A model generated the notes under the pieces. That model was not told the DNA's origin. It made no database searches and saw only the letters and a list, made by a program, of their open reading frames with translations. Shown one piece after another: positions 38,315 through 47,674 of a stretch of 64,000 bases of DNA (position 1 is the stretch's first letter; the number at the start of each line of letters is the position of its first letter). A program made the position numbers and the translations under genes. The stretch spans positions 4,427 to 68,426 of the forward strand of contig JBDLRI010000098.1 in assembly GCA_039800105.1 (NCBI GenBank). The letters are read 5' to 3'. Source of the DNA: Pseudomonadota bacterium (GTDB lineage: Bacteria; Myxococcota_A; UBA796; SXON01).

Positions 38315-39007
38315 TCAGCGTCCCTCGTCGCCGGAGAGTCCGTGGCGCACGTCCAGCGCGTCCACCAGGAACACCGTCTGCTCCGCGACGTTGACCGCGT
38401 GATCGGCGATGCGCTCGAGGTAGCGGCAGATGCTGGTGAGCGCCAGCGCCCGGTCGAACTGGCCCGGCTGCTCGCGCGCGAGCTGCAGCAGCGTCGCGAA
38501 GGCGGTGCGGTTGAGCGCGTCCACCGTGCGATCGGCGCCGACCACGGCACGGGCGGCGTCGGCGTCGCGGGCCTGCCAGGCGGCGAAGGCGTCCCCCACC
38601 TCCCGGAGCGCGGCGTCGGCGAGCTGCTCGACCTCCGGCCCCGGTCCGAGGCCGACGGGATCCTGCATCAGCTCCAGCGCGCGCTGCGCGAGGTTGCACG
38701 CAAGGTCGCCCATGCGCTCGAGGTCGGTCACCACCTTCACGCAGGCCATCACCAGCCGGAGGTCCTCGCCGAACGGCGCCCGGCGCGCGAGGGTGCGGAG
38801 CGCCATGGCGTCGCACTCGATCTCGAGGCGGTCCAGCTCGGGGTCCGACGCGACCACGGCGCGGGCGAGCGCCCCGTCGCGGGTCCGCAGCGCCGTGACG
38901 GCGTCGCGGGCCATGCGCTCGGAGAGCGCGGTCATCCGCGCGACGTGCGTTCCCAGGCGCCGCAGCTCCTCCTCGTAGGACGCATCGGTGTGACGGGTTC
39001 CCAGCAT
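38315..39007 (-). CDS. phoU: Phosphate signalling complex protein PhoU
   Basis: Start at ATG 39007 ([15 protein letters not shown]). Two PhoU repeats (DLERMGDLACN and YLERIADHAVN). About 230 aa. Confidence 0.9.
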   Translation of the reverse strand: MLGTRHTDASYEEELRRLGTHVARMTALSERMARDAVTALRTRDGALARAVVASDPELDRLEIECDAMALRTLARRAPFGEDLRLVMACVKVVTDLERMGDLACNLAQRALELMQDPVGLGPGPEVEQLADAALREVGDAFAAWQARDADAARAVVGADRTVDALNRTAFATLLQLAREQPGQFDRALALTSICRYLERIADHAVNVAEQTVFLVDALDVRHGLSGDEGR

Positions 39008-39762
39008 CAGCCGAACCTCCCCGTGATGTATTCCTCGGTCTCCTTGACGCGCGGGCGCGTGAACAGGACCTCCGTGGGCGCCGTCTCGACGACCCTCCCG
39101 TGGAGAAAGAACGCGGTGTGGTCCGACACGCGCGCGGCCTGCTGCAGGTTGTGCGTCACGATGACGAGGGTGTAACGCTCGCGGAGCGACTGGAGGAGCG
39201 CCTCGACCCGCGCGGTGGCGACGGGATCGAGCGCGCTGGTCGGCTCGTCCAGCAGGAGGACCTCCGGCTCCACCGCGAGCGCCCGGGCGATGCACAGGCG
39301 CTGCTGCTGCCCGCCCGAGAGCATCGTGGCGCTGGTGGCGAGGCGATCCCGCACCTCCTCCCACAACGCGGCGCCGCGCAGCGCGGCCTCCACGCGCCCC
39401 TCCAGCTCCGCGCGTGGCACGCGGGCGCCGAGACGCAGCCCGAACGCCACGTTCTCGAAGATGCTCTTGGGGAACGGCGTCGGCTTCTGGAACACCATCC
39501 CCACCCGCCGACGGAGCGCGACGACGTCGACGTCCGGCCCGTAGAGCTCCTCCCCGTCGAGGGTCAGCGAGCCGCGCACGCGCACCCCGTCCACCGTGTC
39601 GTTCATGCGGTTGAGGCAGCGCAGGAAGGTGCTCTTGCCACAGCCGGAGGGTCCGATGAGCGCGAGCACCGCGTGGGCCGGCACGTCGAGGCGGACCCCG
39701 TGCAGCGCCTGGCGCTCGCCGTAGAACACGTCCAGGTCGCGGGCGACGATGGTGGCGGTCAC
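39007..39762 (-). CDS. pstB: Phosphate ABC transporter ATP-binding protein
   Basis: GTG start at 39762 (GTGA overlap with the pstA stop). Has [33 protein letters not shown] and [11 protein letters not shown]. Confidence 0.95.
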   Translation of the reverse strand: MTATIVARDLDVFYGERQALHGVRLDVPAHAVLALIGPSGCGKSTFLRCLNRMNDTVDGVRVRGSLTLDGEELYGPDVDVVALRRRVGMVFQKPTPFPKSIFENVAFGLRLGARVPRAELEGRVEAALRGAALWEEVRDRLATSATMLSGGQQQRLCIARALAVEPEVLLLDEPTSALDPVATARVEALLQSLRERYTLVIVTHNLQQAARVSDHTAFFLHGRVVETAPTEVLFTRPRVKETEEYITGRFG

Positions 39763-40622
39763 GCGGAACCTCCGAGGGAACGGCGCATCCGCGCGCGCAG
39801 CCACGCCGCGGTGCCGTTGAGAAGGGCGACGCATCCAAGGAGCACCGCGGCCGTGCCGAACGCCACGGGGCGGGCGCGGGCAAGGTCCTGGTGCTGCGTC
39901 GCGAGGACGTACAGGTGGTACGGCAGGGCCATGAATGGCTCCCGCACGCTGCCGGGAAGGAACGGCAGGAAGAAGCTCACGCCGGTGAACAGGATCGGTG
40001 CGGTCTCGCCGGCCGCGCGGGCCATGGCGAGGATGACGCCGGTCAGGATGCCCGGCAGCGCGGCCGGAAGCGGCACCCGCCACACGGCCTGCCATCGCGT
40101 GGCGCCGAGGGCCAGCGCGTTGTCACGCCAGGCGCGCGGCACCGTGCGGAGGGCCTCCTCCGCCGCGGTGATGACCGTGGGCAGCGTGAGCAACCCGAGC
40201 GTGAGACCCGACGCGAGCATCGAGAGCCCGAGGTTCATCCCGCGCACGAACAAGCCCACGCCGAACAGCCCGAACACCACGCTGGGGACGCCGGCGAGGT
40301 TGCGCACGGAGACGCGGATCACGCGCACGAGCGGGCCGTCGCTGGCGTACTCCACGAGCCACGTCGCGGTGGCGACCCCGAGCGGCACCGCGACGAGCGC
40401 GGTGAGCAGCGTGACGCCGAACGTGCCCAGGATGGCGGGGAGGATGCCGCCCTCGAGCATGCCCTGCCGGGGCGACTGCGTGAGGAAGTCCCACCCGAGG
40501 ACGGAGGCGCCGCGCCAGACGACGTAGCCGACGAGCGCCAGGACGCCGGCGACGACCGAGCCGCTCACGGCGGCGAGCACGCCGAAGCCCACGCTCTCCC
40601 GGCGGGTGGACACGGACGTCAC
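39759..40622 (-). CDS. pstA: Phosphate ABC transporter permease PstA
   Basis: GTG start at 40622 (GTGA overlap with the pstC stop). Has [24 protein letters not shown] (EAA loop) and ARAAGETAP. Confidence 0.9.
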   Translation of the reverse strand: MTSVSTRRESVGFGVLAAVSGSVVAGVLALVGYVVWRGASVLGWDFLTQSPRQGMLEGGILPAILGTFGVTLLTALVAVPLGVATATWLVEYASDGPLVRVIRVSVRNLAGVPSVVFGLFGVGLFVRGMNLGLSMLASGLTLGLLTLPTVITAAEEALRTVPRAWRDNALALGATRWQAVWRVPLPAALPGILTGVILAMARAAGETAPILFTGVSFFLPFLPGSVREPFMALPYHLYVLATQHQDLARARPVAFGTAAVLLGCVALLNGTAAWLRARMRRSLGGSA

Positions 40623-41662
40623 GCGCGGCCTCCGCGGACGAATCGCTCCGCGAGCACGTTCACCACGAGGGTGATGAGGAACAGCACCAGCCCCACCACG
40701 AACAGCATGCGGTAATGCGTGGAGCCGACGGTCACCTCGCCGAGCTCGATGGCCACCGTGGCGGTGAGCGTGCGGACGCTGTCGAACGGCCCATGCGGCA
40801 GCGCCACCGCGTTGCCGGTGGCCATGAGCACGGTCATGGTCTCCCCGATCGCCCGCCCGACGCCGAGCATGCACGCCGCGAGCACGCCACCCCGGGCTGC
40901 CGGGAGCACCACGCGCACGAGCGTCTGCCATCGGTCCGCCCCCAGGGCGAGCGAGGCGCGCACGTAGTCGTGCGGCACGGCGCGCAGCGCGTCCTCCGAC
41001 ACCGCGACGATGGTGGGCAACGCCATCCACGCGAGCAGAATCGCGCCGTGCAGCGCGTTGAGGCCGTTCGGAAGCCCGAAGACGCGGGCGATGACAGGCC
41101 CGATGAGCACGAGGCCCACGAAGCCCACCACGACCGACGGCACGCCCGCCAACAGCTCCAGCACCGGCTTGAAGGCCTCACGTGCCCAGGCGGGCGCCAC
41201 CCACGCGAGCCACAAGGCGATGCCGACACCCACCGGGATGGCGATGCCCATGGCCAGCGCCGTGACGCCGAGCGTGGAAACGACCATCGCGAGCACGCCC
41301 CAGGCGGGCGCATGGGTCGACGTCGGGTTCCACGACGCGGACGCGAACACCCGGCCCAGCGTCGGCCGTGCCGCCTCGACGCGGGCGAGCTGGGCGAGCT
41401 CGCGCTCGTGAAGCAGCGCGCGCTCCGCGTCGGTGAGGCTCCCCACGGCGATGTCGCCCGCGCCGGTGAACGCCCCGACACCGTTGTCCATCAGCACGAG
41501 CAGGATGCCCGCCAGCACGAGCAGGGTCACCGTGGCGACGGCCCGCAGCGCACCGGCGATCCACACATCCCCGTCCCGGCGCCCCGTGCGACGCAACGTC
41601 CGACGCGGCCGGGGCGCGGCAGGCGTCTCAGCCGCCGAGGAGGGCGTGGTTGGCACGCGCAT
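40619..41662 (-). CDS. pstC: Phosphate ABC transporter permease PstC
   Basis: Has SEDALRAVPHDYVRASLALGADRWQ and GRAIGETM. The start is uncertain. ATG 41662 overlaps pstS by 35 nt. TTG 41596 is an alternative start after the pstS stop. Confidence 0.85.
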   Translation of the reverse strand: MRVPTTPSSAAETPAAPRPRRTLRRTGRRDGDVWIAGALRAVATVTLLVLAGILLVLMDNGVGAFTGAGDIAVGSLTDAERALLHERELAQLARVEAARPTLGRVFASASWNPTSTHAPAWGVLAMVVSTLGVTALAMGIAIPVGVGIALWLAWVAPAWAREAFKPVLELLAGVPSVVVGFVGLVLIGPVIARVFGLPNGLNALHGAILLAWMALPTIVAVSEDALRAVPHDYVRASLALGADRWQTLVRVVLPAARGGVLAACMLGVGRAIGETMTVLMATGNAVALPHGPFDSVRTLTATVAIELGEVTVGSTHYRMLFVVGLVLFLITLVVNVLAERFVRGGRA

Positions 41663-42491
41663 CCTCCTCGGAGACGGGGAAGAACCCGTTGCGCGCCACG
41701 ATGGCCTGTCCCTCGGGGCTGTCCTCGAACGCGAGGAAGGCCCGGACGCCCGCGCCGACCGGCGAAGCCACGAACTGGTGGAGCGGCCGTGCGAGCGGAT
41801 ACCGCCGCGCGCGCACGGCGTCGGCGTCACGGGGGGACAGCACCGCACCGTCCCGCGGCGACACGAGCGGCACCACCCGGAGCCCCGCGGCGCGCTCCCC
41901 CTCGACGTAGCCGGCGGCGACGTAGCCGATGCCGCCGCGGTCCTGTCGCACGGCCTCGACGATCTGGGCGGACCCGTTCATCTGCCGGAGCGACGCCGCG
42001 TACTCCCCCTTCACCGCGACCTCCCGGAAGTACGCGTACGTGCCCGAATTGCTCTGACGCCCGTAGAGGCTCACGGCGGCACCGTGCGGCCAGCGCGGGG
42101 TCTCCCCGCGGTACAGCGCGCCGAGGGCCGGGAGATCGAGCTCGGCCACGGGGTTGTCGGCGTGGACCACCACCGCGAGCGCGTCCGTGGCGAAGACGAA
42201 ACCGGAGAGCGTCATGCCCTCGCGTCGGCTGCGGAGGATCTCGATCCCCGTGAGCGGCCGCGAGCTGTTCGCGACGTGCGCGGTACGGTCGAGGATCGCG
42301 GCGATGCCGGTGCCCGAGCCGCCTCCGCCCACGGAGACGAAAACGCCCGGATTCCGGGCCATGTAGGCCTCCGCCAGCTGCTGGACGACGTTCACCTCGC
42401 TGTCGGAGCCCTTCACGGCCAGGATGGTGCGTGCCGGCCCGCCGCACCCCGCGAGCGCCAGCGACGCGAGGACGAGGAGGCGCAGCGACAT
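41628..42491 (-). CDS. pstS: Phosphate-binding lipoprotein PstS
   Basis: Start at ATG 42491 (MSLRLLVLASLALAGCGG lipobox). Has GSDSE, GGGSGTGI and SNSGTYAYF, a PBP-like phosphate-binding pattern. Confidence 0.85.
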   Translation of the reverse strand: MSLRLLVLASLALAGCGGPARTILAVKGSDSEVNVVQQLAEAYMARNPGVFVSVGGGGSGTGIAAILDRTAHVANSSRPLTGIEILRSRREGMTLSGFVFATDALAVVVHADNPVAELDLPALGALYRGETPRWPHGAAVSLYGRQSNSGTYAYFREVAVKGEYAASLRQMNGSAQIVEAVRQDRGGIGYVAAGYVEGERAAGLRVVPLVSPRDGAVLSPRDADAVRARRYPLARPLHQFVASPVGAGVRAFLAFEDSPEGQAIVARNGFFPVSEEDARANHALLGG

Positions 42492-42534
42492 GGGCAGGCG
42501 GGGTGACCACACGTCCTCCACCTACGCCGCGTGC

Positions 42535-42556
42535 GTGACGGCCCGGTGACGACCGC
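42535..42556 (-). promoter_or_regulatory. Candidate Pho-box-like direct repeat upstream of pstS
   Basis: GTGACGGcccgGTGACGAccgc is a 7-bp direct repeat with 11-bp periodicity, the spacing typical of PhoB/OmpR-family sites. It lies 44-65 nt upstream of the pstS ATG. The sequence differs from the E. coli CTGTCAT consensus. Confidence 0.3.
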
Positions 42557-42593
42557 GCGACGTCTCGCGACCCGGCCGGATACCGTGCGGCGC

Positions 42594-45500
42594 ATGCGGC
42601 GCGTCTCCGTCCTCCTCGGCCTCCTGCTCGCGCGTGCCGCGGCGGCCGCCGACTACGACCCCGGGCTGCGCTGGAGGACCCTGCAGACCGAGCACTTCCG
42701 CGTGCTGTTCCACGACGGCGAGGCTGCGCTGGCGCGGGACATGGCCACCCGGGCCGAGCAGGCCTTCGCGGCCCTCGCACCGACGGTCGGCGACGTCCCC
42801 GCGGAGCGCGTGGAGCTCGTGCTGGTCGACTGGACCGACGATGCCAACGGCTACGCCACGGTGGTCCCTCGCAACACGATCGTGGTGTTCGTCACCGCAC
42901 CGACCCCCGACTCGTCGCTCGGTTTCTACGAGAACTGGAACGAGGGCATCGTCACGCACGAGCTGACGCACATCCTGCACATCGACACGGTCGGCGGCCT
43001 GCCCCGGCTGGCCCGCACGCTGCTGGGACGAATCGTCAGTACGCACCAGGCCTCGCCGGGCTGGATCGTGGAGGGCTACGCCACCTTCGAGGAGACGCGC
43101 TTCACCAACGCCGGACGCGGACGGTCCGCGGTCGTGGACATGCTCAAGCGCGCCGCGGTGCTCGAGGACCGCTTTCCCCCGCTGGGCAACCTCGACGGGT
43201 TCCAGTCGAGGCCTCCCGGCGGACAGCTGCGGTACCTGTGGGGCCAGGACTTCCTGCGCTGGATCGCCGACCACGCCGGGGAAGACGCGTGGCGGGCCTG
43301 GGTCGACGCCTACGGCAGAGGCCTTCCCTACCTGCTGCCCGCACGGCGCCTGTTCGGCGGGTCGTTCGCGGAGCTCCACGCCGCATGGCGCGCCGACGCC
43401 GAGGCGACCGCCCGCGCGCAGGCCGACGCCATCCGGGCCGAGGGGACCACGGAGCCGCGCTGGTTGACTCCGCCCGGCCGGGCGTGCGGCAACGCCGCGT
43501 GGAAGCCGGGGACGTCCACCACCCTCGCGGTCGGGTGCAGCGATCCGCGGGAGGGCACCCACACCTGGGAGATCCACACCGACGCGACCCCCTCCCGGCG
43601 GCTCGTGAAGGGACTGACCGCGCGCCGCGTGGCCTGGCGCCCGGACGGAAAAGCGCTGGCCGTCGTGCGCACGCACGCCGTGCGGGTCTACAACCGCTTC
43701 GACGACGTGTACCTCTACGACCTCGCCGCACGGTCGCTCCGGCCCCTCACGCGCGACGCGCGGGCGACCGATCCCGCGTTCAGCGCCGACGGCGAGCGGG
43801 TCTACGTCGTGCAGAACGCCCTGCAGGACACGCGGGTTGCGCGCGTGTCCGCCGACCAGCGCCTCCTGCCGGTCCTCGGCAACCCCGACTTCGGCGCCCC
43901 CCGGGAGGACCAGGCGCCGCGGCCGATCCACCTCGCGGGTCCCGCGCCCAGTCCGGACGGCCGCCTGCTGGCCGTGAGCGCGTGGCGCGACGGCCTGCGC
44001 GATCTCTGGCTCACCACGGCCGACGGGGCGCCCGTGGCGCGCCTGACCGCCGACGCCGCGATCGACCGCGACCCCGCGTGGTCTGCCGACGGCGCCTGGC
44101 TCTACTTTTCCAGCGATCGCGGCGGAAAGCCCGACATCTACGCGCTGGAGGTGGCCACGCGCGACCTGTGGCGGGTCACGAACGTGCTGACCGGCGCGTG
44201 GGGACCGGCTCCCAGTCCCGACGGCACGCAGCTCGCGCTCACGGTGCACGGGACGGACGGGGCGCGCGTGGGGGTGCTTCCGATCGACCGCAGCAGGTGG
44301 ACCCCGCAGGGTCGGCTCCCGGACCTCGCCGGGGACACGCCGCTCCCCTCCCCGGCCGCGGACGCCGCACGGCCCGCGCCCGGCGTCGTGGCCGCGGACT
44401 CCGGCGGGGGCGTTGCGGGGGCAGCCGCCCCCGCCCCAGAGGACTACACCCCCTGGTCCACGCTGTTCCCGCCCCGGTGGTGGATGCCGGGCACCTTCCT
44501 GACCACCACCGGCGAGACGCAGGGCCTCTACGCGACGGCCTCCACCGGCGCGCGCGACACGCTCGGCTGGCTGGGCTACGGCGGCACCCTGACCTACCGC
44601 ACCGATGCCCGCTTCCTGGGCGGCAGCGGCTCGGTGAGCGTCAACCGCTGGCGCACCGTCGGCGCCGTGGGCGCCAGCACGGCGGCCTGGCCCTTCGGCG
44701 ACATCGTGCGGGCCGTGCCCGACCCGCCCGGTGGCGGCACCACGCTCCCCGGCATCGAGACGACGCGGCGCCGGTACTGGGAGCGTCGCACGCGCGCCTG
44801 GGCCAGCGTGGGCGCACCGCTGGACGAGACACGCGCGTGGTCGGCGGGGTGGTCGGGCACCTGGCGCAGCCCCCTCGATCCCCTGCCCGCGGACGCGTAC
44901 CATCCCGCGGTCCCGACGCGCGGCTACTTTTCGAGCGTGACGGCGGGCTGGCGCAGCGGCATCGCCATCTCCGCGCCACTGGCCATCTCCCCGGAGGACG
45001 GCCGCAGCCTCGCCGTCGGCGTGCAGGCGACGTCCTCGCTGCTGGGCAGCCGCACCTTCGACGATACCGGCGCCACGGTCCCCTTCGACCAGCTCCAGGC
45101 CACCGCGGAGGGCCGCTGGTTCACGCCGGTTCCCCGCCTTCCCAACCACGTGATCGCCGCGCGGCTCGCGGGCGGCGCGTCCCTCGGGGACCGCTTCCGC
45201 TACGGCAGCTTCCGGCTCGGCGGCAGCTTCACGGAGGGCGGGCTCACGGTGGTGCCCACCGAGTGGCGCATGCTGCGCGGCTTTCGGCCCGCCACGGCGA
45301 GCGGCGAATGGTACTGGCTGGGCTCCGGGGAGTACCGCTTTCCCCTCGCGCGTCCGGACCGCGGCTTCGGCATCCTGCCCGCGTTCCTGCGCAACGTGAG
45401 CGGGGCGGCGTGGGTCGACGCGGGCGATGCCTTCAACGCGCCCGACGAGGCCAGCGCGGCGTCCACCCTCGTCGGCGTCGGCATGGAGCTGCGCGCGCAG

Positions 45501-45623
45501 GTGATCGTGGGCTGGGGCGTGGGCCTGCTGGGGCGCCTCGGCTACGGCTTCGCGGCGCACGGACCCGGCATCCCCGCCGGAAGCCCCGAAGGCGCCTACG
45601 CCACGCTGGGCTCGAGCTTCTGA
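42594..45623 (+). CDS. Large outer-membrane protein: HExxH metallopeptidase-like N-domain + TolB-like PD40 beta-propeller + Omp85/surface-antigen-like C-terminal barrel
   Basis: Start at ATG 42594 (MRRVSVLLGLLLARAAAAA signal). Has HELTHILH. PD40-like repeats (PAFSADGERVYVV, PSPDGRLLAVS, PAWSADGAWLYFSSDRGGKPDIYAL, PSPDGTQLALT). Gly/aromatic-rich C-terminal strands end in a terminal Phe (LGSSF). Repeat copy 6 is inserted between the propeller and the barrel. Confidence 0.7.
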   Translation: MRRVSVLLGLLLARAAAAADYDPGLRWRTLQTEHFRVLFHDGEAALARDMATRAEQAFAALAPTVGDVPAERVELVLVDWTDDANGYATVVPRNTIVVFVTAPTPDSSLGFYENWNEGIVTHELTHILHIDTVGGLPRLARTLLGRIVSTHQASPGWIVEGYATFEETRFTNAGRGRSAVVDMLKRAAVLEDRFPPLGNLDGFQSRPPGGQLRYLWGQDFLRWIADHAGEDAWRAWVDAYGRGLPYLLPARRLFGGSFAELHAAWRADAEATARAQADAIRAEGTTEPRWLTPPGRACGNAAWKPGTSTTLAVGCSDPREGTHTWEIHTDATPSRRLVKGLTARRVAWRPDGKALAVVRTHAVRVYNRFDDVYLYDLAARSLRPLTRDARATDPAFSADGERVYVVQNALQDTRVARVSADQRLLPVLGNPDFGAPREDQAPRPIHLAGPAPSPDGRLLAVSAWRDGLRDLWLTTADGAPVARLTADAAIDRDPAWSADGAWLYFSSDRGGKPDIYALEVATRDLWRVTNVLTGAWGPAPSPDGTQLALTVHGTDGARVGVLPIDRSRWTPQGRLPDLAGDTPLPSPAADAARPAPGVVAADSGGGVAGAAAPAPEDYTPWSTLFPPRWWMPGTFLTTTGETQGLYATASTGARDTLGWLGYGGTLTYRTDARFLGGSGSVSVNRWRTVGAVGASTAAWPFGDIVRAVPDPPGGGTTLPGIETTRRRYWERRTRAWASVGAPLDETRAWSAGWSGTWRSPLDPLPADAYHPAVPTRGYFSSVTAGWRSGIAISAPLAISPEDGRSLAVGVQATSSLLGSRTFDDTGATVPFDQLQATAEGRWFTPVPRLPNHVIAARLAGGASLGDRFRYGSFRLGGSFTEGGLTVVPTEWRMLRGFRPATASGEWYWLGSGEYRFPLARPDRGFGILPAFLRNVSGAAWVDAGDAFNAPDEASAASTLVGVGMELRAQVIVGWGVGLLGRLGYGFAAHGPGIPAGSPEGAYATLGSSF
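44406..44438 (-). repeat. GC-rich hairpin repeat, copy 6
   Basis: + strand is GGGGGCGTTGCGGGGGCAGCCGCCCCCGCCCCA. Lies inside the OMP CDS and is read as GGGVAGAAAPAP. Confidence 0.9.
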
Positions 45624-45630
45624 GGCCCCG

Positions 45631-47664
45631 ATGCACATGTTGACCCTGCTGTTCCTGCTCGGACTGCCTCCTGGGGCGGAGGGGGCCACCCCCTCCGCAA
45701 CGCCTCCCCCGCTCGCATGGCAGGACGCCAACGCCGCGGGGGACTGCACCGGCGTCCTTGCGGCCCTGCCCGCTCCGGGCACCGTCCTGGAACGCCTCGC
45801 CGCCGGCGACTGCCTCGCGCGGACCGGGCATCCGGCCCGTGCCCTCGCCCTGCTCGGCGACCCCGCGGGGCCGGCGGGAGTCTTCCGGCCGTGGGTGCGC
45901 CTCGCCCGCGCCCGGGCCCTCCTGGCGCTGGAGCGCCCGGCGGACGCGGTGGCCGCGCTCGACGGAGTGACCCTCGCCGGCTCGGAAGCCACGCTGCTGC
46001 GCGGCGAGGCCCTGGTCCGCGCCGGACGCGGAGGCGAGGCCCGGGAACCGCTGCGCGCCCTGCTCGACGGCCCCGATGCCGCCCCGGCGCGGGCGTGGCT
46101 CGCGGAGGGGGCCGCCCGACGCGGGGACACCGAGGCCGCCGTGGCCGCCTGGCGTGCCGTGTGGACGCGGCATCCCACCTCGCCGTGGTCCGCACGTGCC
46201 GAGTCGGCCCTCAAGGCACTGGGCGCGCCCGTGCCGGACACCGCGACGGACGCCGGCCGCGCCCTCGTGCGGGCACGGGCGGACGCGCTGCTCGCGCAGC
46301 GGCAGGCCAGCCTCGCGCTGCCGCTGCTGCGGGAGTTGGACGCGCGCGTGCCGTTCACCACGGACGCCGACGCACGCACGATGGCCCAGGCCTGCGCGGA
46401 CGCCCGCCAGCACGCCGACGCGCTCGCGTGGCACGCCCGCGCCGGTTCCGCCACGCGTTCGGCCGCGCAGGCCTTCGCCGAGGCGCTCGCGACCGCGCGT
46501 TCCGGCGACTATGCCGCGGCAGCCGCGCGCTACCGCGCCCTCGCCGCGCGATGGCCCGACTCGCCCCAGGCCGACGAGGCCACGTGGAAGATCCCGTGGA
46601 TGGACTACGACGCCGGTCGCTTCGCCGACGCCGAGGCGGGCATGGACTCCTACCTCGCGGCGCGGCCCGGCGGCCGCTTCGCCAGCGACGCCCGGTGGTT
46701 CCGGGCCTGGGCCGCGTGGCGGCGCGGAGACGTCGCGGCGGCGCTTCCCCGCCTGGAGGCCGTCCGCGCGGCGGAACCGGGCTCCGAACGCGCCACCGCC
46801 GCCGCCTACTGGATCGCCCGCGCGCGGGAGGACCGTGCGAGCCTCCGGGCGCTCGTCGCGACCGACACGCTCTACGGCTACCTCGCGGCGGAGCAGCTCG
46901 GGGTGCGCTTCCCCGTCCCGCCCGAGGCCCGTGCGCCCGCGGTGCCGGAGGCGTTCCTGGCGGCGCGGCCGGAGCTGCGCACCGGGATCGCCCTCGCCGA
47001 CGCCGGTTTCGCGGCATGGTCGCGGCCCCTGCTCGCCCGGCACGTGGACGCCGCGCGCGCGGCCGGGGAGACCACCGCCGTCGCGCTGGCGCACGCGCTC
47101 CTGCGCGCGGAGGACTTCAAGGGAGCACAGGCGCTCGCGCGTCCGTACTGTTCCCGCTCCCGTGCGGCCGCCACCGCCTGCCTGCCCCGGCCGCACGGGG
47201 GCGCCGTCGCGGCGATGGCGGCCCGCACGGGCCTCCCGCCGCTGCTCCCCTACGCCATCATGACGGTGGAGAGCGGGCTGGACCCGGGCGTCACCTCCCC
47301 GGTGGGGGCGCGCGGCCTCATGCAGCTCATGCCAGAGCTGGGCGAGCGCCTGGCGACGGACGAGATCGCCGGGTTCGGCATCGATGACCTCTACCGCGCG
47401 GGCGTGAGCGCGCGCCTCGGCACCAAGGAGCTCGGGCGCATGTACGCGGAGCGCCGTGACGGCCCCGTGCGACCGGTGCTCCCGCTCGTCGTCGCCGGCT
47501 ACAACGGCGGCCCGCCGGCGGTGGAGCGCTGGCTGCGCGGCTACGCGGAGCCACCCGCCGCCGACCGCTTCGCCGAGGACATCGCCTTCACCGAGACCCG
47601 CCGCTACGTGCGTCGCGTGCTCGGCGTCTACATGCAGTACCGGCGCACCTACGGCGATCCCTGA
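45631..47664 (+). CDS. slt: Soluble lytic murein transglycosylase (Slt70-like: superhelical N-domain + SLT domain)
   Basis: 677 aa with a signal-like N-terminus. SLT catalytic region IMTVESGLDP...ARGLMQLMP...AGYNGGP. Repeat copy 7 follows directly after the signal peptide (PGAEGATPSATPPP). Confidence 0.85.
   Translation: MHMLTLLFLLGLPPGAEGATPSATPPPLAWQDANAAGDCTGVLAALPAPGTVLERLAAGDCLARTGHPARALALLGDPAGPAGVFRPWVRLARARALLALERPADAVAALDGVTLAGSEATLLRGEALVRAGRGGEAREPLRALLDGPDAAPARAWLAEGAARRGDTEAAVAAWRAVWTRHPTSPWSARAESALKALGAPVPDTATDAGRALVRARADALLAQRQASLALPLLRELDARVPFTTDADARTMAQACADARQHADALAWHARAGSATRSAAQAFAEALATARSGDYAAAAARYRALAARWPDSPQADEATWKIPWMDYDAGRFADAEAGMDSYLAARPGGRFASDARWFRAWAAWRRGDVAAALPRLEAVRAAEPGSERATAAAYWIARAREDRASLRALVATDTLYGYLAAEQLGVRFPVPPEARAPAVPEAFLAARPELRTGIALADAGFAAWSRPLLARHVDAARAAGETTAVALAHALLRAEDFKGAQALARPYCSRSRAAATACLPRPHGGAVAAMAARTGLPPLLPYAIMTVESGLDPGVTSPVGARGLMQLMPELGERLATDEIAGFGIDDLYRAGVSARLGTKELGRMYAERRDGPVRPVLPLVVAGYNGGPPAVERWLRGYAEPPAADRFAEDIAFTETRRYVRRVLGVYMQYRRTYGDP
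45672..45710 (+). repeat. GC-rich hairpin repeat, copy 7 (GGAGGGGG/CCCCCTCC subfamily)
   Basis: TGGGGCGGAGGGGGCCACCCCCTCCGCAACGCCTCCCCC. Differs from copy 1 only in the loop. Confidence 0.9.
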
Positions 47665-47674
47665 CCGGACACCG

